A DNA stretch of 64,000 nucleotides from Eledone cirrhosa (taxonomy: Eukaryota), in contig OZ024747.1 in NCBI GenBank assembly GCA_964016885.1, positions 79,236,001 through 79,300,000 of the forward strand. The letters are read 5' to 3'. Position numbers and translations under genes: made by a program. The notes under the pieces are model-generated. The model did not search any database. It was not told the origin of the DNA and was given only the letters and a program-made list of their open reading frames with translations. Below, piece after piece: positions 1 through 14,188 of the stretch (positions are counted from its first letter, which is position 1; every line of letters begins with the position of its first letter).

Positions 1-362
1 GTAAGTATATTTTGTTAATAAGAAAGTGAAATCTTCTAAGATTCCTCATACTATTTATGCTCATAAGTCACACTTCTATTTTACATACATTTACACTGTG
101 CCATATATTTTGAATTGAGGTTTTGTAGGTTCAGTAGTTAAGTCTTGTGCTGGTATTTGTTGCATCTTTGTAGAAAAAGTACAACTTATACAGGTGTATA
201 TATGGTAATCTTATATGACTTGTATTACAAATAACATGCTGCAACCATTTCTGGTAAGAGTGGTGTAAAGATGGAGATAAAAACTAAACAGATACAATAT
301 ATTTCTTAAGTTACTTTATTTGGCTCAAAGACAATCAGTGAAAAGAAGTGTTTTTGCTTATT

Positions 363-736
363 TTAAAACTTTAAAGAATCTGGCTGGTCAATACGATGAG
401 TGTACTGTAACCCAGTGCAGAAAACATTCTGATACATAGGGATTTTCCTATCAATTGCTTCTGTAAAGCTTGTTTTACCTGAAATAATATTTGGAATGTA
501 ACCATAATTGGGTACATCACAGGGTCTTATCTTATAATTTGAAGACACGTCTTTATGTCGCTTGTAAAGTTGTTCATCTAATACCTCATGATAGTTCTTG
601 TAGTAACGTCTACATAGCATCGGTGTCATGTGAAATATATCTGATGATTCAGAGTACAAGAGTTCACGTTTGTAGCCATTCAATAACAGTTTGGGATATC
701 CACTAGGAAGTATGCCAATATTTCTATAACGAAAAC
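363..736 (-). CDS. Last coding exon of an uncharacterised ~209-aa protein
   Basis: Polypyrimidine plus AG acceptor at 738-737. Phase 1 matches the donor at 1850. Open frame FRYRNIGILPSGYPKLLLNGYKRE...DSLKF* of ordinary, non-repetitive composition. Confidence 0.75.
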
Positions 737-790
737 CTAAAAAAATAAAGTAATAATGTTCTTGTAAAAATATGTCAATAATTAACCCTT

Positions 791-1077
791 TAACATTTAC
801 ATTACTCTATATTTACTATTGTATTTTCACAGTAAAGGCTTTACCTTACATAATATCTCACATAACATTTACATTACTCTATATTTACTATTGTATTTTC
901 ACAGTAAAGGCTTTACCTCACATAATATCTCACATAACATTTACATTACTCTATATATACTATTGTATTTTCAGAGTAAAGGCTCTCACATAATATCTCA
1001 CATAACATTTACATTACTCTATATATACTATTGTATTTTCACAGTAAAGGCTACTCACATAATTATCTTACATAATA
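791..1077. repeat. ~72-bp intronic tandem repeat, ~4 copies
   Basis: taacatttacattactctatat...acagtaaaggct recurs at 791, 863, 935 and 1003. Confidence 0.9.
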
Positions 1078-1850
1078 CTGAATCTGTGAGATTTTGATAT
1101 TATTTATTTTCATAACAATACCTTAACATCAGTATGAATGGCCGGTTACAGCTGGTTTGAACAGAAAGAAGTGAGAGAATTCTGGGCAGATTTGGCCAGT
1201 TTAAATGCTAAAGGTTTAATTTATTTGATTAACTTATAAACATAATATACCACATGAAACTGTATTAGCAAGATATTCTTGAAAAATACAAAACAATATT
1301 TTAATACTGCAAATTTTCTCAATGTTCTGTTCACTGGTAAAGATACTATAAACAGTTGAATTTCAAAGTTAAACATTTGAGGGGCTTTAATACACATCTT
1401 TGCTGAATATATTTAATAACTATATCAAGCACAATCTGTTTGTTTTTCAGAATATTTCAACTTAGGGTTGGAACTTAGAATGTAAATGGTCATAACTCTA
1501 TGCCACAAAGCATGTTACTGATAATGATAATCCAATAGTTTCTAATTTAGGCACAAGGCCAGCAATTTAAGGGTATTTCAGCTCCAAGTGTAAAGAACCA
1601 AAACAAATACTACAAAGCATTTTGTCTGACACTAATGATTCTACCAATCAATCACCCTCTAATAGGTCTTTCTAGTATAGGCACAAGACAAGCAATGTTT
1701 GGGGAGGGGATAGTTGATTATATTGACCCTAATACTGGTAAGAAACTCTCAGGAGAGCTGGATAGCAGAAGGTCTTCATAGAAGGTGGAAGAAGAATAGC
1801 ACACATGACACTTGATTAGAAATATGGTAATGACTGGTTTAAAAGCTTAC

Positions 1851-2106
1851 ATGATGGCGTATCTCTTGACCGAACAAAGTCTACATATTCATCTTCAGAT
1901 TGGATGTCCATATTGTCTCTCTTGATCAAACTAGGTAAGGTCCTGTGCTTATTGTATGCAACCCATCGTTGTTCACTTGGTATATAGTATGCAGGACCTT
2001 GCCAGTTATGAGATTTCCAATCTCCTGACAGAAAATTATTCCTTGGCAAATGATATTCAGGTATTTTAGCTCCTCCTGCAATCACACTGGCTGCTGAGTA
2101 AAGCAT
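1851..2106 (-). CDS. First coding exon of the uncharacterised ~209-aa protein (MLYSAASVIAGGAKIPEYHLP...RSRDTPS)
   Basis: ATG at 2106, 4 nt after a tttctttcAG acceptor (2112-2111). GTAAGC donor at 1850. 256+374 nt = 630 nt in frame with 363-736. Confidence 0.75.
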
Positions 2107-2204
2107 TTTTCTGAAAGAAATGGAAAGTTAAGTAGAGAAGATGGTATTGGTTATACTATGGGTGTTAAACAACACATGCGAATCCAATCTGTCATCGTTT
2201 AATG

Positions 2205-2361
2205 AAGCGGTCGCCAACTGGTGGTCCGAGAGAAAATTTTGGTGGTCTGCAGCAAAAATTTTAATGTATTAATGTTTTTAAAAAAATTCATATTAGTGGT
2301 TCGTAGGATTTAAAATTATGAATTTAGTGGTCTGTGAGGTCCAAAAAGTTGGCGACTGCTG
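2205..2361. mobile_element. hAT-type MITE
   Basis: TIRs (a/c)agcggtcgccaact / agttggcgactgctg. 8-bp target site duplication GTTTAATG at 2197-2204 and 2362-2369. Confidence 0.85.
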
Positions 2362-4070
2362 GTTTAATGTACACTTTCCCTGTTAGCAAAGATTGGCCAA
2401 GTCATCAGCAGATCAGGTTGGTGCTCAAGCAGAAGAACTGAAGCCATGGATGGGACAGGAATCTGAATTTGCTAACATACATTCCTGTACTCTACTGAGT
2501 GTTCTGATGGGTCCACAGCTTGCAACTTGCTTACATATGATCCTGCATACTACCAAGTACATTTTATTGTGACACCAGTAATAGGGAAGTTGTGAAGCCT
2601 TTGACACAGCTGAAGAGTCCTCCTCACCCTTTGTTTGACATGTTTTCTGCAGCTGGATGCACTTCCTATCACTAACCACTTAACAATGTACTGGGTGTGT
2701 TTATCATGTAAATCACCAACATTAGGGGGCTTAACTGAAGAGTCTTCACAAACCTTTGGTAAATTTTCTGAGTGGATGCCCTTCTTATCACCAAGCACTT
2801 TAAAGAGAGTACTGGGTGCATTTATCATGTAAATCCCCAACACTTGAGGTTAGACAAAAAGTCCTCCCCCACCCTTTCTTTGGCAAGTTTTCTATGGCTG
2901 GATGCCTTTCCTATCACTAACCTCTTTACATGAAGCAAGCATACTCCATTGTATGTGTAATGTTAGTATGGATGAACTGAGAGAAAAACTAGGTATAAGA
3001 GGAATCTGATGTAATGCGCAGGAGATAAGACTGTGCTGGTATGAACGTGATGCATATCAAATGAATGCTGTGTAAAGAAGTAGTAAAGAAGCAGTAGTTG
3101 AGGAAGACCAACAAATACCTGAGCAGAGATGGTTATAGCTATTAACACACTGAACCTCATAGAGATGTCAAGGGAAGGCTATAAATGGAGGGAGGCTATG
3201 CTGGAAAGGACTTGTCCAACTCATACAAGAATGGAAAAGCAGCTTGTAATACAGAAGAATGGAAGATAGACAAGTATCGGGACTGACTGCTTCTTTGTTG
3301 TGCTGGTTGCCATTGAGACCTTGGGTGTCCTTCGTCTATGAACTGCCATTTCCCTCCACATAATTGGAGCATCCTGCCTGAGGAAGGAGTGCAATGAGAT
3401 GGAGTGGCTGATGTAGCAAGTGTTGCTGTTCTCTCTAGCAATGTCTTCAACATGTCTGAGATATACTGCCTAGACTGGGGTGTAGAGTCTGCCACATCTT
3501 CCCCCTTCCCCTAACTTTCGTTAGTTATCATTTTTTTTTCATTCTTTTTATTTCTTTATTGCAAACATTATATCAGTTAAGTGGCCTAACCTTATGATTG
3601 TAACTTTATAATTCGAACTTAAACATGAAAAACGTATGTCAGTGATTTTGTATGTAGTTCCGTGACAAGAGAAGAATGTAAATTGTTAGGGAATTGAAAC
3701 TGAGACTCCTTCTCAATAAACACTTCTGCAAAGAGCACACACACACATAATTTCTGCATGTATTTCATCTGGGTCACTGACAAATTCTTGTCATTGTCGG
3801 TGGAGTACCAGGTGGTGCCCGTGAGGGTGCTTGGTTATTCCAGCACCCTTTATTGTGCCCCCCCCCCCCCTTCTTATTTTATTATATAGTCTCCCCTTTT
3901 CTTCACTAAAGTGTATTTTACTTTGTAAATATATTTTAATCATATCATAAGCATTTCTTCGTAGATATTCCTCCTCGGAATATTTCCTTAAATATTTATT
4001 TAATAGAGTAAACTTTTCAAATAAATTCTATTCGGGGTGAAATGAAAATTTTATAAAATCCATGTCTTAC

Positions 4071-4200
4071 ATAGTTTTCTGTCTTCGAAAGTCACTCGAT
4101 TATACGAAATATCAACTACAACTCCATTGTTGCTATAGCAAACTTGCGTCATATCCTGCATAGAAACGGTGTTTACCAAGCTTAAAAGGAATAACCCTTT
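4071..4200 (-). promoter_or_regulatory. Putative non-coding first exon/promoter of the 209-aa gene with RFX X-box-like site
   Basis: Minus-strand donor GTAAGA at 4070. GTTGCTATAGCAAAC at 4129-4143 resembles the X-box consensus GTHNYYATRRNAAC. The 5' boundary is a guess. Confidence 0.4.
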
Positions 4201-4433
4201 TGTTACCGAATATCTAATGAAATACACTGTATATGTGTAAATGAATTTAATAAAATAATTAAACTTTTTCATTAGTAAGCTGATGTTTGAAACATTACTT
4301 TAAAATGTGTTAATTAAAATTCTAATGGTTTCTGATTTAGACAAGGCCAGCAATTTTGAGGGGAGGGGAAAGTCGATTAAATCAACCCCAGTGCCAGATT
4401 TCGGACAAATGAAGCCCTGTACTAGTTAAGTTA

Positions 4434-4946
4434 TTAGGTCCCTTTCAACGTTTGACATTCCGCGTGGGGATGACAAGGCGCACCGCGTAACTTAATGAGA
4501 ATTTTGGGGAGGGCGAAACAGTTCCTCAGGAAAAAAAGCATGGGATGCGCGATCAGGTCAACTTGTTTAACCTCCTGGAGCTCTCGTATTGATTTCGAGA
4601 GAACTGGAGAGCCGAGAATATAGGTATCGTCCCTCAGACTTAGACGTAGTGCAGTTGAACTGATTGAATGTTGAACAGCGTCTTCATATTGAGTTTCGCC
4701 ATAACTCGCATTTATCATCTTTGATTTGGATAAGTTAATCTTGAGTTCGAGGATCAATATAACAGGGATGATGTTCTGAGGTTCACCAACGACAAACTCA
4801 ACCGAACCACCATGTGTCACGTCGTTCAGATACCTGACATTGAAAGGTATGTAGACTGTGTTGGTAATGTCGCTGATATCCAATGTAAATGGGAGTAGAC
4901 TGAGTGAGTTACCATGCTGGACACCTGATAATGTTGCTAGCAGCAA
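4434..4946 (-). pseudogene. Degenerate reverse transcriptase fragment of a non-LTR retrotransposon (CRE-like)
   Basis: GVQHGNSLSLLPF and FNVRYLNDVTHGG resemble RT motifs GVQQGDPLGPLLF and WYLDDG; also LGSPV and FLRNCFALPK. Catalytic DD is lost. Confidence 0.65.
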
Positions 4947-5679
4947 TGAGCATGGTGGGTGTCTCGTGTATAAATACTTTAAACACAGTATTCATATTTA
5001 TATTTTTTTACATTTATCTAAAAACCTTGCATCATAATTTTACGTTATTGTTCCAAACACAAGCTTAATAATTATCTCAGTACATTACTGGTGCCTTATT
5101 TTATCGGCGCCGCAAGGATGAAAGGGGCATAACTCTATGCTGCAAAACATGTGTCTGACGCTCTACCGATACTGCCAAAGTTTTTGAAAGGATTTTACTA
5201 AATCCTTTCAAATTCTTGATTATTTGACAATTATAGATATAGAGAGTGTTTCATTAGAAATATAGTATGGAAAGGGTCAAGGCAGTAGCCCAGCATAACC
5301 ACAGTCTAATGACAGAAACCAGTCACAGAATTATTAAAGGAAGTCTATCTACTACATGTTTATTTGGCACTGAGAAGTACTTATACTAGTCTTGGAGGGA
5401 TGGTAGTGGCGTTGGGGTGGACTCTGGTGAAGGTCGGTGTACAAGACACATTTAACTACCCATCATCACCACTACCGCCACTACCACCACCATCACCCCA
5501 CCACCGCCATCACCCATTCATCTCCAAGTTGATCCCGATCCCAGGTGTTCACAGCTATGTTTGTACCAAGCAAACAACGACCCTTGGGTAGTCTTCTTCC
5601 GACATTCAGGTGTACACACACACATATATATATGCACATGCACATACATATACAGGCAAACACCCGCTCATACACACAC

Positions 5680-5753
<74 letters not shown>

Positions 5754-6765
5754 GCACATGCACATACATATACACAGACAAACACTCACTCATACATGGA
5801 TATTGTTGATGGTGGTGGTGGAGGTGGGGTGGTGGTGGTACGTGGGAGGGGGTGTTGTTGTTGGTGGGGGTAGTGGTGGGGGTAGTGGCGCTGACGGTGG
5901 TAGGAGCAGTGGTAGTAGTAGTAGTAATGGCAGTGGTGGAACCGGTGATGGCGGTAGTGGTGGTGGTGGGTAGGTGGGAGGTGAACTGCAGGACTGGTTT
6001 ACATTGATAGAGCACACACACTGTGTAACCATAGCAGCCACTAAATACCCCCCTCCCATCTTCCTCACCCATACCCGTTTTAGTATTTCTCCCTCCACCC
6101 CCTAAATAAACAGTTTGAGAATGCCGGGTGGTGGAGTTATGTGGGGAGGGGTGGTGGTGTAAAGGCGACACTACCCTTTACTTTCTAATTCACCCCAACT
6201 TTCTCCTTTGTATGTTCTTACAGAGGGTAGATACACCATGGCTGAATGGCCAAGGAGTTCGTTTTTGTACTCTTTAGGTTCCGGGTTCGATCCCACAACG
6301 TCACATACTTCGGCTAGAGTCATTTACAAAGGATAGACCCATACTTTATAAGTGATATTGGTTAGACAGAAACTGTTTGTAAGCCGGTCAGATAGACTAT
6401 TCCTGTAATTCAAAGGTCACGCTGAATCTCCCTGAGAATTACGTTGTGGGTAGACGTGTCTATGGAATGCTCAGATACTTGCACGTGTTAATTTCACGTG
6501 CAGATTGTTCCTTTACTCAAACAAGTTGATCACTTATTGCCGGAACCGACGGAGGTTCAACACACACAACATAAACGCACATATACACAAACACATAAAC
6601 ACACATACACAAACACATTCGTACGTACGTGTGTGAGTGATAGTCTATAAGAGAATGAGTGAATAGGTCACTACTAACCAACTCGGTAACCATAGGCGCT
6701 GAGCTGGCCAGCCGCAGATGTGAGCCTCGCGAGCTGGAATGGCTTTTCCAGCGCGTCTCCCTTGC

Positions 6766-7398
6766 TGGACGTGAATTTGGGGTCTGCAAATTCCTCATTT
6801 GATATAGACAACTGGGACGAGATAGTTCTAAATAGGGCTGAATGGAGAAAGCGCATAAAGGGCAGTTGCAAAAGGTTTGAAGAATGTCGCCTGGATCATA
6901 AACAACTGAAGCGTCAGCTCTGGAAGGAGCACACAGTCTTGATGAAGACATCACTAGTTGGTAAAATATAAAACAGAGAAATTGAGGAGGGGAAGGTTTA
7001 GAGGAAACGCCTTCTCCATTCTGCCCGCCGGGGCTGTGGGGAGGCCACCGATATGATTGACTGACTTGTCATTTTATCAGTCAGATATTTTTAGACATTT
7101 AAATAGTTTGTTGCATTCCCTCAAAAAAATTACTGTTCTATATAACCAATTTGTTGGTTGTCTCTAAACCTTCCCCTCCTCAATTCTCTGTTTTATATTT
7201 TACCAACTAGTGATATCTTCATCAAGACTGTGTGCTCCTTCCAGAGCTGACGCTTCAGTTGTTTATGTTCCAGGCGACATTCTTCAAACCTTTTGCAACT
7301 GCCCTTTATGCGCTTTCTCCATTCAGCCATATTTAGAGCCATCTCGTCCCAGTTGTCTATATCAAATGAGGAATTTGCAGACCCCAAATGCACGTCCA
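6766..7398. repeat. Inverted duplication (~237-bp arms, ~160-bp spacer) of a LINE 3' fragment (RTE-like)
   Basis: 6766-7003 is the reverse complement of 7162-7398. Both read DNWDE..LNRAEWRKRIKGSCKRFEECR. Confidence 0.75.
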
Positions 7399-7708
7399 GC
7401 TTCATACTTATTATTATTAGAGTTGCAGGATATATACCAATCCGCCTGAACCAAAGAATGACAGAAATTGGTTTCGTGGAGAAAGAACACAGATCCTTAC
7501 TTAATGAGCCACGATATTTGGTGACTACAAAATCTGTAAAACATTCTTACGGTTCAAAGGATGAGTGGTTGCACAAGAGACGACGGATATTCCCTTCTCT
7601 TTACAACCTTTCCCCAGGAGAGTGGCAGGGCAAATATATACTGACAATTAAGAAAGAGACACATACATGCAAACATACATACATACATACATACATATAT
7701 ACATGCAA

Positions 7709-7741
<33 letters not shown>

Positions 7742-8141
7742 CATGCAAACATACATACTTACATATATGATGGCTGCCCCCTCGTTATCGAGTATGGTCA
7801 TACATACATGCATACATACATATATACATACATACATATATACATACATGTATACATACATGTATACACATACATACATACATACATACATACATACATA
7901 CATACATACATACATACATAGATGCAGGTATACATACAGACACACATACACACACATACATACATCTAATTTGGAAGGCTGTACGTGGTAGGGCAACAGT
8001 TGTAAAAGAACTAAAAGAATACACACAGCTGTCTTCCTCTATATCGTCTGGTATAGCCTTCCTTTCTCTCAGCTAACTTATTATTCTGTTAAGGTACTGT
8101 ATCATCATCATCATCAGCATCATCATATATATATATACATA

Positions 8142-8197
<56 letters not shown>

Positions 8198-8200
8198 TAT

Positions 8201-8244
<44 letters not shown>

Positions 8245-8283
8245 GTTTGCGTCTTTTTGGTTGAGTATACACACACGCACATA

Positions 8284-8319
<36 letters not shown>

Positions 8320-8666
8320 TATATGTATATATAGATGTGTGTGTATATATATATATATATAAGCATATACAAATTGTGTGTAGGCATGCGTGGATCTGTG
8401 TCAACATAAGTATTCATAGACACATACAATCACACACACACATACACACAGACACACACACAGACACACACACACACACACAGACACACACACACACACA
8501 CAGACACACACACACACATAGGTCATACATAAGGTATATATAAACGCCCACACAGCCACACACCTGTAAGGTGGTTCGGCCAGAGTACAAAGGATGTTTC
8601 ATATGTACGTCGCCGTCGTCTCTGCTCAAACTGGATTCCTTACACATAGCTGTATGTACACAAGCA

Positions 8667-8711
<45 letters not shown>

Positions 8712-10369
8712 ACACACACACATATATAGACACACACACACACATACAGACAGACAGACCCACACACACATACAGACAGACACACACACACGCACACAGA
8801 CAGACAGACACACACACGCACACAGGCAGACAGACAGACCGACACACACACACAGACACACACACACACAGACACACAAGCTACTGAGGTGACTGTGACA
8901 TAATCACATCCTAAAATACTCATAACGAAACGTATAACGAAACTTATGTATATTTAATATGAAGTCGTACCTCTTCATAGCAAAATATACTGAGAGATGA
9001 AGTAGGAGATATAGAAGAACAATTGATCCCAGTACAGAACTGGTACATATCTTTTTATTGACCTTGAAAATATGAAAGACAAAGTTGCCGTTGGCTCAGA
9101 GAACCAGAAAGAACATTGCAAAGCATTTTATCCAATGTTCTAACGACTTGCCGCTTCATGTCTGTTATATTTAAACATATTGTATATAGTTTCATATAAG
9201 CCTCTAATATGAATCACGCTGTGTTAGTGTTACTGCTAATTAACTCCAGACCGCCAAGTTTGCATTATATACATCCTGTTATCCATGTTTTATCCAGGTA
9301 GCGGTGTGATTAAAGGACGTTTGGCTACAACATCTAGCAGGTCAAACGACCGTGTAGAAGCTGCCCCGTTATTGATGTTGGTGTTGGTGTTGGTGGTTTG
9401 ATCGTGTGAGACCTTTGAAAGAGAGATGGGGGGGGGGGGGGTATGTGTGTGTGTGTGTAAGGGAGAGAGCGAGAGAGAGTGTGTGTGTGTGTGTGTAAGG
9501 GAGAGAGAGAGAGTATGTGTGTGTGTAAGGGAGAGAGCGAGAGAGAGAGAGTGTGTGAGTGTGTGTAAGGGAGAGAGAGAGAGTGTGTGTAAGGGAGAGA
9601 GCGAGAGAGAGAGAGAGTGTATGTGTGTAAGGGAGAGAGAGAGAGAGAGAGTGTGTGTGTGTGTGTAAGGGAGAGAGAGAGTGTGTGTGTGTGTGTGTAA
9701 GGGAGAGAGCGACAGAGAGAGAGAGTAAAGAAGAGAGTAGGAGAGAGAGAGAGAGCAAGATATAGAAGGACAGACTGGCAGACAGTCAGACGAACAGCTA
9801 GATAGGAGAGTGAGTGACTAAGATTATCAGGTAAATAGAGAGAGAAGAAAGAGATGGGGGAGTAAGTTAAGGAAAGAAAGGAGGAGAGAGACAGAGAAAG
9901 AAGAAAGAGAGGGGGAGAAAGGTATGAGTAAGTTAATAAGGAAAGAAAGGAGGAAAGAGAGAGTGAGGGAGAGAGAGAGGGAGAGAGAGAGAAGGGTGGA
10001 GTAAGTGAATAAGGAAAGAAAGTAGGAGATAGAGAGAGTGGGAGAGAGTGAGGAGGGAGAGATGGGTGTGAGTAAATGAATAAGGAAAGAAGGAGGAGGA
10101 GAGAGAGCGAGAAAAAAAGGAGAGAGGGAGGGAGAGAAAGAGAGAGAGAGTGAGAGAGAGAGGGTGGTATGACTAAGTCTATAAGAAAAGAAAAGAGAGC
10201 GATAGATGTGAATAGTTACAAAAGACATGAAACTGACCCTCCCTCGGCGAATGTCTGTTTACCAGGTATTATATAAGGTGTAATTACCGTAAAGAAAGGG
10301 ATTATACCTGTATATATATATGTATGTGTGTGTGTTCGAGTCTGTGTGTGTGTGTTATTCTTCAATCTT

Positions 10370-10423
<54 letters not shown>

Positions 10424-10559
10424 AGTAGAAGTTGTATTTAATTTGTTGGAAGTCCAACAAACATAAATATTTATAACTGATTTAGAGCTCTCAACAAGTT
10501 ACTGGAGTAAATATTCAATGATATTAAATAAATGGAAACTATATTTATAAAACCATATT

Positions 10560-10624
10560 TATTTTATTATATATATTTCAAGGGCAACCAAGACAACATT
10601 GGTACACTTTCATCAGATAAAATA
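10560..10624 (-). ncRNA. Type I hammerhead ribozyme (family A)
   Basis: Minus strand: tattttat CUGAUGA aagtgtacca..tggttgccctt GAAA tatata UA| ataaaata. 8-bp stem I and palindromic stem III. Confidence 0.75.
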
Positions 10625-10806
10625 CAAAGTTTGTTTTATAAATAGAGACATACCCATGAAAATCATACCTTATCGGTTGGAAATTCACTGGGTGAATTTC
10701 CAACCGATAAGGTACGATTTTCATGGGTATGTCTCTATTTATAAAACAAACTTTGTATTTTATCTGATGAAAGTGTACCAATGTTGTCTTGGTTGCCCAT
10801 TAAATA

Positions 10807-11269
10807 TCTCCTTATAATATATAACCAGCAATTTCTCTGTCTGTCTGTCCGACAGTGGAAACACGTGCGCGCGTGCGAATGTTTTTTGCGCACGCGTAGA
10901 GAGAGAGTGAGAGTGAAAGAAAGAGGCAGACTACGAGAGGGGGATAGCGGGAGGGAGAGAGGGAGAGAGAGAGAGAGAGAGTGAATAGACGCTAAAACAC
11001 GTGCGCGCGTGCGAATGTTTTTTGCGCACGCGTAGAGAGAGAGTGAGAGTGAAAGAAAGAGACAGACTACAAGAGGGGGATAGCGGGAGGGAGAGAGGGG
11101 GGAATTGAGGAGTGCTACAGAAACATATATACATTTCTGTGTGTGTGTAATATATATATACACACACAGAAATATATATATATACACACAGAAATATATA
11201 TACATTTCTGTGTGTGTAATATATATATATATATATATACACAGAAATATATATACATTTCTGTGTGTG

Positions 11270-11325
<56 letters not shown>

Positions 11326-12440
11326 CACACACAGAAATGTATATATATTTCTGTGTGTGTATATATATATATATATTACACACACAGAAATGTATATATA
11401 TTTCTGTGTGTATATATATATATATGACACACACAGAAATGTATATATACACACAGAAATATATATACATCCCTTAGCTACTGTACTGTATCTGTTGCTA
11501 TCTCTCTCTCTCTCTCCAGCTATCCCTCTCTTTTAGTCTGTCTGTTTCTCTCACTCTCACTCTTTCTCTTTGTAACACACTAACATTCCTCCCCCCTATC
11601 GCTGTGACGAATGGGGAGATGGAGGAGGAGGAGGAGGAGGAGGAGGAGAGAGTCACTTCGTCACTTCACCTCTGCCTTTCTTTCTCTCCCCTCTCACTCC
11701 CTCATTACGTACATACATTAGGGCGGTGGATTGGCAGAATCTGTAGAGAGTCGGACACCATGCTTCATAGCATGGAGTTACGTCCCTTTACGGTCTGAGT
11801 TCAAATACCGCCGAGGTTAACTTTGCCTTTCATCCTCACGGGGTCGATAAAATAAAGTACCAGTAATGTACTGGGTAATTGCTGGCCTTGTGCCAAAAGT
11901 AGAAACAATTATTAGAAACATTGCTTCATTTTTACATATCTAAGCATTAGTAAAATAACTAATAATTTCAAAAGTAATTTTTCTATTCCAATTGTTATGA
12001 ACAGCAAAACATTAATAATAATTTTGTTCTAAGAAATATATATACATTTCTGTGTGTGTAATATATATATATACACACAGAAATATATATACATTTCTCT
12101 GTGTGTATATATATATATATATTACAGAAATGTATATACATTTCTGTGTGTGTAATATATATATATATACCACACACAAATATATATATATATACACACA
12201 GAAATATATATACATTTCTGTGTGTGTAATATATATATACACACAGAAATATATATACATTTCTGTGTGTGTAATATATATATACACACACACAAAAATA
12301 TACATTTCTGTGTGCGTAATATATATATATATATACAGACACAGAAATATATATATATACACACAGAAATATATATACATTTCTGTGTGTGTAATATATA
12401 TATATATACACACAAAAATATATATACATTTCTGTGTGTG

Positions 12441-12489
<49 letters not shown>

Positions 12490-12517
12490 GAAATATATAT
12501 ACATTTCTGTGTGTGTA

Positions 12518-12552
<35 letters not shown>

Positions 12553-12578
12553 GAAATATATATACATTTCTGTGTGTG

Positions 12579-12659
<81 letters not shown>

Positions 12660-12677
12660 GAAATATATGGGCATTTC

Positions 12678-12711
<34 letters not shown>

Positions 12712-14078
12712 CTTCCCTAAAACTCAAATGTAGGTGCTACAGAAATATTACCTTCCCCTTCCTTTCTCCACTTTGGTACTACCAAGAGAAACACTGTCGC
12801 TATAGAAACATTACCTTCCTCTCTCCACTGACTTTGGTCACTGAGGCCGAGGGAATCGCTGGTTGCTATAGAGACACCTTGCACAAGCCAGAAGTAACCA
12901 TTTCGAGGCGGTTCTGACTTGACACCATGCCAAGGACCATTTGAAGATATATTTCCATCGTTATATCATAACGTTTATGTATCATAACGTTTATATTTCC
13001 GTCACTAATCTCTTTTTCTCCTTTTTCGTTTTAACATATATTTATTTCAAAGATTTCACCGTATAGATAACATATATTTGTACATGCATAAAAGACACAC
13101 CGAGAGACGGTGAACATGTGGTGCCGAAAACATTTCTCATCCAAATCTCAACAATATCAGTATATACACTAGATTTGCTAGCAGAAAACCGCCCACCGGG
13201 TGGTTTTCTGCTAGTCTATATATATAAAACTGAGGATGTCTGTCTGTGTGTGAGTTCGAATCCCTAAAACTCGAGAACCACCCAACCGACTGTTTTCAAA
13301 CTTTACACATGTAATACTTATGTTTCAGGGAGTGTTCTGAGCAAATTTCAAATTTTCTATACCCCAGGGACCACATTAGGTGATTTAGCGATCTCGCTCT
13401 ATAATTCTTAGTCTTTCTCTTTTTAGATAGATACATACTTATAACGTCGCGCCCTTATAATATCTGTCTGTATGTCTGACTGTCTGCATTACGTCACTTC
13501 CTTGAGGATGTCTGTGTGTGTGTGTGTGTGAGTTTGAATCCCTAAAAATCGAGAAGTACCCAACCAATGTTTTTCAAACTTTACATGTGTATTACTTATG
13601 TTTCAGGGAGTGTTATGCACATAAAAACATTAAACTTTTTTTTATCTCCTAGGGCCCGCATTAGGTGAAAAACTGCGTTGTTTAACATTTTTAGGGGTAT
13701 TTTGAGGCGTTACGTCACACCGATTTCCTTGAAATTGTAACTATGTATTAGTCAGTCTCTTCTTCATACCGTGAGCAAAGAAAATCCATCTTTCTTATGG
13801 CCTAGAGCCCGCATTAGGTGAAAAACTTCATTTTTTCAGTTTCTTAGGGCTTTTTGGAGGCGTTACGTCTAGCCGATTTTCCCGAAATATCAAGGCATAT
13901 TATGCACATTAAACAAATTCATTTTCTTGATCCTGCATTTTTCCTGCTTCATCGAGGAAAATCTTAAAGATTATGCAGCCATCAGAGTATTCGGTTTATT
14001 TTCTTTACATATTGTCCAGACATGCAGTTTTTAGGTCTATTGGCGGTCCGCGTTCCAAAATACCTTAACTCGTGCTAG
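10807..14078 (+). mobile_element. Two tandem non-autonomous Helitrons (10807-13214 and 13215-14078)
   Basis: 5' TC termini, 3' CTAG termini at 13211-13214 (after hairpin gcagaaaacc...ggttttctgc) and 14075-14078. Inserted between A and T with no TSD. Second start tctatatatataaaactg matches the element at 39245-40077. Confidence 0.7.
11721..11913 (+). mobile_element. tRNA-derived SINE with Nin/Deu-like core
   Basis: A-box-like tggcagaatc and B-box gagttcaaat, then core gcctttcatcctcacggggtcgataaaataaagtacc. Many relatives in the window. Confidence 0.75.
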
Positions 14079-14132
14079 TATATAATAAAATAAATATGGT
14101 TTTATAAATATAGTTTCCATTTATTTAATATC

Positions 14133-14188
<56 letters not shown>

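Larger units (their letters stand above)
10511..14141. mobile_element. Palindromic Penelope-like terminal-repeat element, family A, with right arm split by a Helitron insertion
   Basis: Left arm 10511-10688 mirrors 10692-10806 plus 14079-14141. Unpaired tail 10421-10510 ends in (TA)n. Confidence 0.75.

Noticed and set aside
1-280. GTAAGT donor at position 1 and possible small plus-strand exons
   Set aside because: No upstream context and no convincing coding frame.
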